A DNA stretch of 63,847 nt, the filler included, from Octopus bimaculoides (taxonomy: Eukaryota), in the NCBI RefSeq assembly GCF_001194135.2. It is 4 parts of 4 records of this genome, joined end to end, with 100 filler letters (N's around TTAATTAATTAA, not from the genome) between each part and the next. Parts side by side here need not be neighbours in the genome. Positions count along the whole stretch, not along the records: positions 30,225 to 59,012 come from NC_068987.1; positions 59,113 to 61,235 come from NC_068989.1; positions 61,336 to 63,847 come from NW_026313832.1; 1 more part is not named here. One strand, written 5' to 3'. The notes beneath the pieces are model-generated. The model had not been told where the DNA came from. It searched no databases and saw only the letters and a program-made list of their open reading frames with translations. The position numbers and the translations under genes are program-made. Numbering within the stretch: the stretch's first letter is position 1; the number at the start of each line of letters is the position of its first letter. Shown here in pieces: positions 53,080 to 63,847 of the stretch.

Positions 53080-53640
53080 GCTGTGAGACATGGGTGTTGT
53101 ATTGATGAGACTTGGACAAAAACGTTTCCAACAGCACAAACTTCACACAATCATGAGGATTCAATGGAAGGACCATACCATCAATGAGGAGGTTCTGCTC
53201 AGGACTGGACTGTCCAGCATTGAAGTTGCTGTGGCACAACACTGCCTACACTGGATGGGACATATCAAATGTATGCCTCAAACATGCCTTCCCCATCAAC
53301 ACCTCTTTGTAGAGTTGACCTTGAGTCCCAGACTGAGCGGGATCTCCAAATTCTGCTTTTGAGACCAACTCAAAGCCACTCTCCTCCACTGCTCCATTGA
53401 CCCAAATACTTGGGAGACTGATCAAGGATTACCCAAAGTGACAGCATGTTATCATCAAGGAAACAGGTTTGATGGAAAATAAGATATCAAGAGGTAGAGA
53501 TCAGATGTTGAGGGCACAAAAAGTGACTCACACCTCCGTGTCTCCGGCCAACTCTCCCCTGCAATAAATACCCTAGCTCCTCTATGCTGCCTTTCGCCTG
53601 AACAGCCACCAGCACCCTTTGCACCCATCATGATGAAGAG
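53080..53640 (+). mobile_element. Decayed RTE (BovB-like) LINE 3' fragment
   Basis: KRFQQHKLHTIMRIQWKDHTINEEVLLRTGLSSIE...HWMGHIKCMP..CLP...LF.EL...F*DQLK. Confidence 0.7.
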
Positions 53641-53700
53641 GTTCAATCAATCACTCACTCTAGATTTACTACTCAGATACGAGTTAAGGATGCTATCACC

Positions 53701-53750
<50 letters not shown>

Positions 53751-55927
53751 GTATTCATAAACACATGCACGTTTATGTGTGTGTGTATGCATAAACTAAA
53801 TGTATCATCACCGTGTTACATAATATACATTCAGTATCCATCACAGCCTGTCCAGACAACAGCTCTCTACTTCAATCCTATTTTCTCCTTCCTTGTCTTT
53901 TTTTTTTATTCAATTACTTAATTACTATAATACAAGTAAATCTAGAGAAACAGCTGATTGGACAGTGACAGATTCCCTGAGTTGAAAGCATTTTGAAAAT
54001 ATTAATAGCTAATGCAAATCTCACATCATATATAAAAGTAGCCAGAGAGAGACAGGGTGGGGGATAAAGAGAAAGATAGTTAAAGCTGACTTCCAGTTCA
54101 ATATATTTCCTTTCATATATGTTACAAGTACTTTAGCAGAGACAAGAGGAACAAGGCTTCCTCTTGCTTCTTTACATGGAATGTTTCACACCACACGGTT
54201 ATATGAGTAGCCCTTCATCTCTGCCACCATGCACATGATGCTCTGACATCATAGCAAACTATACGGCCTACTTAACTGCACATTTTATGACATGGCAACT
54301 CACATCCAGAGAGGGAGAAAGGCTGTCTATAGACTAAGCCTATAGCTTGTTCACACTTGCTTTTGCTAATCATCATAATCAACATCAGTAATATCAGCAG
54401 CAAACATCATCATTTAGACAATCATCTAACACTTATCATCCACACAGTGGTCACCTTCATATCATTCTCATGATTGTCACCTACCATCATTGCAAATATC
54501 ATCAAAATTGCCATCACAAACATCTATTATCATCATCATCATCATCATCATTGTCATTGTCATTTACCATCATCATTCTAATTGTCATTTACCATCAGTT
54601 ATCATCTACCATCATCTGTTATCATCCTCATCAACACAACATTCCTAAACAAAATACGAAACATCTACAGCAATGATACCACCACCGCCATCAAGACAAT
54701 GGTCTGAGATAAGATACCAGTTACAACAAACTGAACACATGCATTCATCTGTTAATGACTGAACTACAACAACTATTCCTATTACAACTATAATGCCTAA
54801 TTAAGTAGACATTATGTGTGGTAATTGAATAATTTAATTTAGTTAACTAATTAACTAAGATGGCTAATTAAACCTCTTCACCTCTGTAACTATCACTGAC
54901 GACACCACCACCACCCTCCATTACTACATCCTAACAACAACGACTACTACCATATCCACACAATCATCTCTAGCGTCCTAATCACCAACCCTGCCATTCC
55001 ACCTTCACCATGACCACTACCATAGCACAATGTCTGCTTTTATAGCCTCAACACCACCACCACTACTACTACAGCCTTTTTTAGCAGCACTACATCCTAA
55101 CAACTACCACATCCTTGCCAGTATCATTGATACTACTTAAACCTACCACTGCCATCACACACTAAATCACTAGAAGATTATCAAAACTGTCCCACCCACT
55201 CTAGTTATCCAAACCCAGAAGTAAAATTAGGTTTAATCCTCATAGTCAGTCTAGCAGATTAATTAGTACAGTGGTACGTATAATGACTGACTGACAACAG
55301 TAACAACAAGAACTAACACCAATAACAATAATAATTAGTGGGGAGTGGGGCACTGGATAGTGCCAGAGAGTGACAAATACAAAAAGAGATATATAGCTAG
55401 CTGAACTGACCCTCTGCCATCTATCCCCACCTTTATCTGTGTGTGTGTGTGTGTGTGTGTACAGAGAGAGAGAGAGAGAGGTGAGGTTTTTGGTCAGTTG
55501 GCATATCTCACTTGCAATATCTCTATAATATGGCATTGGGAAGTATGTTGAGCATGAATGAGCTGAAAAGTAGGTAGACAAAGACAGTGACATATGACTG
55601 TGCTGGGAGGGATATGTTATATGAACAGGTCATACATGAGTCACAGGTACCTCATAAAGAGAGACAGACAGCGAAAAACGAAAAGAGTACCTGACAATGT
55701 TAGACTACATAGTTGAGAGGTTAAATGATAGAAAAGAATGGAGTGCTACCATAGAGCAGATATATCCAAGCTGTACCAACACAGAAAATTAATTATACAC
55801 ACACACACTAAAACACTGAATTAGATACCATATGACATCAAACTGACTCAACAGATAATGGGAGAATCCACACATCTTTGCAGGAGTAGGCATTTATGTT
55901 AGCAAGATATATGTGTAACTGTCTTTT

Positions 55928-56147
55928 TTATCCCTTTAGTATTCAGATTACTTCGTCAAATGTAATGCTTATTGTTTTGAATTAATCACACATTATTTTG
56001 TAGCTTCAAGATTTCAATGGTGGGTTTTGTTATATTTTTAGAATAACACTGTAGGGTAGGTGTGAGAGGTTGAATCTGGTCAGTTTTAATGTAAAACAGG
56101 AAGAATATTTGGGTTAGATATGGCTGGATTAAATGCTAAAGTGTTGA
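55928..56147. mobile_element. piggyBac-like MITE (second family)
   Basis: TIR pair ccctttagtatt ... aatgctaaagtg with degenerate TTAA ends, about 220 bp. Confidence 0.55.
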
Positions 56148-57249
56148 TATATACAAATATATATAAATCTATCTTTTATCTTTTACTTCTTTCAGTCATT
56201 GGACTGCACCCATCCTGGGGTACCACCTAGAAGGATTATAGTTGAACAAATTGACCCCAGTACTTATTTTATTGTACATCTAGTACTTATTCTGTCGGTC
56301 TCTTTTGTCAAACAGCTAAGTCACAGGGATATAAATAAATCAACATGAGTTGTCAGGAAGTGGGGACATTAACAAAATGACACACAAACACACACATACA
56401 TTCGTACATACATACAAGCTATGCCTGCATTTTATAGATAAGTTACATAACCACAGACAACTGCATCATCTCAGTGATGTTACAATGCTCGGTGCAAAAA
56501 GAGCAGCAGCTGTATTCTGTAAATAAAGTTAATGTCACAGAGCAGGCAATGACTGCTGAATGCCAGTCGTCAATTAGTTAGAGTTCACTAAATGAAGGGC
56601 CAATATATTTAGGGCACACAACAGATGGTGTTTGATGGAGACATTTGACAACCTTTCATTTGCAATCTCTTCCAAGTTTTGGCAGAACATTTTAAAAAAC
56701 TAAGTAAAAAAGAAAATGCTGTTTTTATCCTGACTGTAGTTAAAAGAAACATGGCACAAAAAGAACCAAAAGACATTTTCTGCTGGCAATGCAATAGAAA
56801 TGATAATTAACAAACATTAGCAGCAGGAGTCCATTGAAGTTAAATAATTATTGCTCATGCATTTCTGATTTGGAAACAAATATATCACATTTCATACAAC
56901 CAGTTCGCAGCGCATATAAAACTTGCCTGTGTGAGTGTACTCACCTTCTTTACAACTCTTATTAGATACTTGAGTGAGTACACACAATCTGTCACAGCTC
57001 ATATATATCATTATCATTTAACATCTGGATGTTAAACAGTAATGATACACACACACACACACACTTACACAACATGCCCCACATGAGAATGAATTCTCTT
57101 AGAATATATAAACTCTTACACACATTTTACAATACGATATTGCACGATGGGCTTGAACCTGAAGCCACGGGAGAACCAAAGATCTTAAACATGCAGCTAC
57201 CACTGTCATCATCATCATTTTCATGCCAGCATGAGTTGGACAGGTCATC

Positions 57250-57600
57250 TCCAACACAGTAGCCTACCACTTGTTGCATTCCTTTCTCAACTCTATCATG
57301 AGGTTCAGTTTTCTGAGATAAGCCTTCAATGCCTCTGCTCCTTTATTCCTTGGTCTTGCATCTCGCACTTCACCCATCTGGCTTTTTACCATACTCGTTA
57401 CATATTCATACCAGTGCAGCTGTCACTCTTGCCTACCACAGCTTATCCTCTCATACCAACATTTTCCCTCAGCTCATCAATGCCTCATCATTCATGCACA
57501 CTAAAATTATACATCCAGCAAACCATGATCACCTCATTCCTTTTCCAGCCTTCACACATACTCTTCATTCAGAGCCCATGTGTCAATATCATGTAGCATT
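57250..57600 (-). mobile_element. Decayed RTE LINE 3' fragment
   Basis: MVCWM...DELRENVGMRG...QLHWYEYVTSM-like translation, ending at a (CAT)n RTE-type tail. Confidence 0.5.
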
Positions 57601-58141
57601 ACAGCTCTCTCTCTCTCACACACACATTCTTTGGTGAGGGTCAAGCAAATAGAAAAAAAATGTCCTCATTTCTGTCACAAAATTTTTTTTCTTTTTGGTT
57701 AGTGCTGTACTGAATTTAAATTCTAATCAGCCTTGCTTCAGCAAACCTATCTCCTGTAGGTAGCTAGTTAAACACCTGTGTGTGTCTTACCTGGATAATA
57801 CCATCATCATCATTGTTTAATGCCCTTATTCCATGCTGGTATGGGTAGATTTTAATAAGTACATAGTCTAGTTAAGAATGAAACTTTGCTTTAAGTTGGT
57901 AGAGCAAGTCATGAAAGTGGTAGAGAGAAATAATTTATAGGGTTTGTATCTGCATGTGCATACCACAGATGGTATTCTCATAATAACTCAAGAGAAATTC
58001 CTTACCTACAAGCAAACAGACAGATGCTAAGGTGTATTAACTGCATGCATAACTTATCTTCTATAGAGGAAAAAATAATTTACAATAGCTAAACCACAGA
58101 AGATGAGAAAGATAAACAAAAAAAATATATCAAGGACTTAC

Positions 58142-58364
58142 TCCATATTAGCGTATAACAATGAGCCAATGGTAACAAGGTAAGACTATATAAGGCTGAG
58201 AGGTGTAAAACCGTCATCAATATTACATTCCGCCACACTATTTTCATAGGGGGTCTCTTTTGGGTATGAGTTTCTTCTGTAATTACTGGTTCAATATTGA
58301 GTTCTCCGGGATGAAGTTCATCTTCTGCAGGAGGTATCTCCGTAACAAGGTTTCTTGGTGACAT
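58142..58364 (-). CDS. Scd: Scd coding exon 1 (223 nt from the ATG)
   Basis: MSPRNLVTEIPP...KIVWRNVILMTVLHLSALYSL...TLIW; donor A|gtaagt (phase 1, completes Ser with exon 2). The total CDS of 223+131+206+421 = 981 nt gives 326 aa. Confidence 0.95.
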
Positions 58365-58410
58365 TCTCTGATAGGAACTTGAAGCTGGAATTACAAGAGA
58401 AGAATAAGAT
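58365..58410 (-). other. Scd: Splice acceptor and 20-nt 5' UTR of Scd coding exon 1 (implies an upstream non-coding exon)
   Basis: tcttattcttctcttgtaattccag|cttcaagttcctatcagagaATG: pyrimidine tract with AG at 58386-58385; a second AG lies at 58369-58368. Confidence 0.6.
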
Positions 58411-58437
58411 AAATATCACCACAGCCTTACAGAGGTA

Positions 58438-58480
<43 letters not shown>

Positions 58481-58977
58481 CTCCCAAAAGTTTTACTTCT
58501 AACCTATTTTGGTTACTTTCTTTGCCAATGTTTTCTTCTCAAACTATTTTCAAAAGTCCAAACCAAACAAGTTCACTCAAATATCCTCATCTCTCTCAGA
58601 TGAAAAGAACCTGGAAAAGCTACAGGCATGTCTTTATCTCCTATAACTACATTTTATATATAGACATATTATATAATAATAAAGATAGAGAGATGCTTAT
58701 AATGCACACACACACCATGATTTCTATTACAACTGCAAATTACTGAGTGGATCTGGTATATGGAAACTGAGAGCCCATCATATATATCATCATTTAATGT
58801 CTGTAGGACGGTTTGACAGGAGCTAACCAGCTGAAGGGCTGTTGAGGCTCCATGTCTGTTTTGGCATGGTTTCAACAGTTAAATGCCCTCCCTAACACCA
58901 ACCACTTTACAGAGTGTACTGGGTGCTTTTACGCAGCACTGGCATGAGTGCTTTTTACGTCGCACCAGCACCCAGAA

Positions 58978-59012
<35 letters not shown>

Positions 59013-59112
59013 NNNNNNNNNNNNNNNNNNNNNNNNNNNNNNNNNNNNNNNNNNNNTTAATTAATTAANNNNNNNNNNNNNNNNNNNNNNNNNNNNNNNN
59101 NNNNNNNNNNNN
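59013..59112. other. Artificial scaffold spacer 44N-TTAATTAATTAA-44N (also 30125-30224 and 61236-61335)
   Basis: Three identical 100-bp structures; the 12-mer places stop codons in all six frames. Confidence 0.9.
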
Positions 59113-60871
<1,759 letters not shown>

Positions 60872-60907
60872 ATTATTATTATTGCCATTATTATTATTAT
60901 TATTATT

Positions 60908-61235
60908 GTTCAGTAGTTTTATTTTTATAACGTGCTTTCACTTCACTACCGAGCGCAGCTCTGTGCGCCTTGGGTATGTGCTGTGGTTTGCCGTGGTGCT
61001 CTTATGTTTACTGTATTGAAAGTGTTTTGCGTAGAATGTGTGCAGTACCCAGTAGTGCAATTTTCTGTATGTTATATATATTTGTAAGTACTGGTGTTTT
61101 TGTTATGTATTTGTCTGAATATTTTTTTATTATACCTAAGGCACCTACTATGATAGGAATTGTTTCTGTTTTTAGATTCCACATTCGAGTTATCTCTATT
61201 TCCAGGTCTTTGTATTTTGAAAGTTTTTCCATTTC
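60908..61235 (-). mobile_element. R4/Dong-clade LINE, family C copy (RLE C-terminus and 3' UTR; upstream lost in the gap)
   Basis: EKLSKYKDLEIEITRMWNLKTETIPIIVGALGII...ALLGTAHILRKTLSIQ* (61008-61232); the 3' end abuts (ATT)n 60872-60907. Confidence 0.92.
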
Positions 61236-62182
61236 NNNNNNNNNNNNNNNNNNNNNNNNNNNNNNNNNNNNNNNNNNNNTTAATTAATTAANNNNNNNNN
61301 NNNNNNNNNNNNNNNNNNNNNNNNNNNNNNNNNNNTGCCTATCATCATGGGTGTGCTTAGAATGGGATTACCTGGAGTTAAACAACAAGCCAATGAGGGT
61401 GCCACATCTGCTAGAAACAACAGCCAATTTCCATTCTCTTTGCACCTTTCAGTCTTGATAACTGAAGACTATTTGGCTGATGAAGTCTTGAATATGCAAT
61501 ACTAGAAAGAAAGACATGAATGAAATACATCTGATCATAGATTTGCTCAATCATGGCTGGTCTAGGACCAAACAAGAATAAGAAAATATGTTTCTGAAAG
61601 GAGAAAAATATTATTGTTCACCATTCTGTAGTTTAGCATTGATAATGTTACACAACATGAAAATGAAGCTGTGGTATACGAATATGTATAATGTTAAATA
61701 ATGTAAAATGCTTTTCTGTATCCTCTAAGTCTTACACTGTTTCTTTATTGTTTCAGATTAATGAATGACACTGGTATAAAAGACTTTAGTTGTACAACCT
61801 CACTATTTATCATATAAAGACGATGTTATACACAACAGATATGACCCTGACTCTATGTGTTTTATGGTAGAAACACTGTGAAATATTTGCTCTGAACTGA
61901 GATTGATAACGACATTTCTCTACCNNNNNNNNNNCTGTGAAATATTTGCTCTGAACTGAGATTGATAACGACATTTCTCTACCTCATTGTCAAGTGCATT
62001 CAAATTAAATTTGAATAAATTTATAAAAGACTTTACGTCAGCTTTAGATATCTATGAAGATCAGAGNNNNNNNNNNNNNNNNNNNNNNNNNNNNNNNNNN
62101 NNNNNNNAGAACAAGAAAAATAATCAAATATTGTGATGAGAATACTGTGAGAATGTTAAAGAATTGTTTTTTTGTTTTCTGA

Positions 62183-63196
<1,014 letters not shown>

Positions 63197-63847
63197 CTGA
63201 ATCATTATTAAGATGCATTGCAATACTATGATGACAACCCAATTGAAGACTGTTTTCCATGCTAAATCATATGATAGCTTTGTGGACTTACAAGTAATCC
63301 GTGAAATCATAACACTTATTATACTCATCATGCTTCCCTTTTTGAAACATTGTTTTATAGGCAGCTGCCCTTTTAGTACCTTCTTGTGTGGCATATTCAA
63401 ACCCCCCAAAAATCCCTCTGGACATACGGCTATGATGCTTCCCCACAACCTTTAGCAGGATACATGATGTTTGTCAAAATTCATCCGATGCAATAAATAA
63501 CTTGTATAACCATAACTGTATTCACCCAAGAAAGAAGAGATATTAATGTGATAACATGTTACTATTACTATATTTTATATCTCAGCAACTATATCTACAT
63601 TGATGAGATCACAAAACATTTGTGATGGTTTGTATATCCATGCATCTACTCATATATATTTCATGTAAAATATTTCCTGGATAGAAGAAAGGTAATGTTG
63701 ATATATTTGAGATGGTCAATAAAATTTTGAGAAATGTTTTCTCAGATATTAGTAAGAATATCACTGAAAAGTTGTTATGTTATGAATAAATACAAAACTG
63801 TAAGACAAAATATTTCATCTTAAAATAAGATTTATATATGGTGCATA

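Noticed and set aside
54400-55200. His/Thr-rich coding potential
   Set aside because: Decayed (CAT)n/(CAC)n low-complexity sequence inside Scd intron 1 with frequent stops.
61876-61983. 49-bp direct repeat flanking a 10-N gap
   Set aside because: An exact duplication on both sides of a minimal gap indicates unmerged overlapping contig ends. The same applies at about 37856-37930.

Overview
Eukaryotic (animal) genomic DNA, AT-rich, packed with microsatellites and broken by many N-gaps. The SINE/MITE repertoire and the [17 protein letters not shown]-type zinc finger point to an octopod cephalopod (inference, probably an Octopus draft assembly). One complete protein-coding gene can be reconstructed by hand: an acyl-CoA delta-9 desaturase (Scd) on the minus strand with four coding exons, 58364-58142, 45175-45045, 43575-43370 and 41773-41353 (981 nt, 326 aa, all GT-AG junctions in phase, three His boxes). 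A gap-interrupted multi-C2H2 zinc-finger ORF starts at 62195 on the plus strand. Most other recognisable sequence is decayed transposon. There are two clusters of R4/Dong-clade restriction-like-endonuclease LINEs (0.1-9.9 kb and 59.1-61.2 kb), with most copy ends abutting (TAA)n microsatellites. RTE and HERO-like LINE fragments, several tRNA-derived SINE families, TTAA-flanked MITEs, mariner scraps and a Helitron 3' end are also present. The most notable unexplained structures are: serial and tail-to-tail TAA-targeted LINE stacks; a Penelope-type minimal hammerhead-ribozyme motif with a non-canonical core (38014-38047, minus); a degenerate ~22-37 bp core+variable array (31.7-32.35 kb); and an orphan ATG-to-GTAAGT candidate first exon (13174-13217) whose donor-proximal 36 bp recurs twice downstream. 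No prokaryotic features, rRNA, tRNA genes or true CRISPR arrays are supported. All calls are by eye; no searches were run, and most repeat boundaries are approximate.
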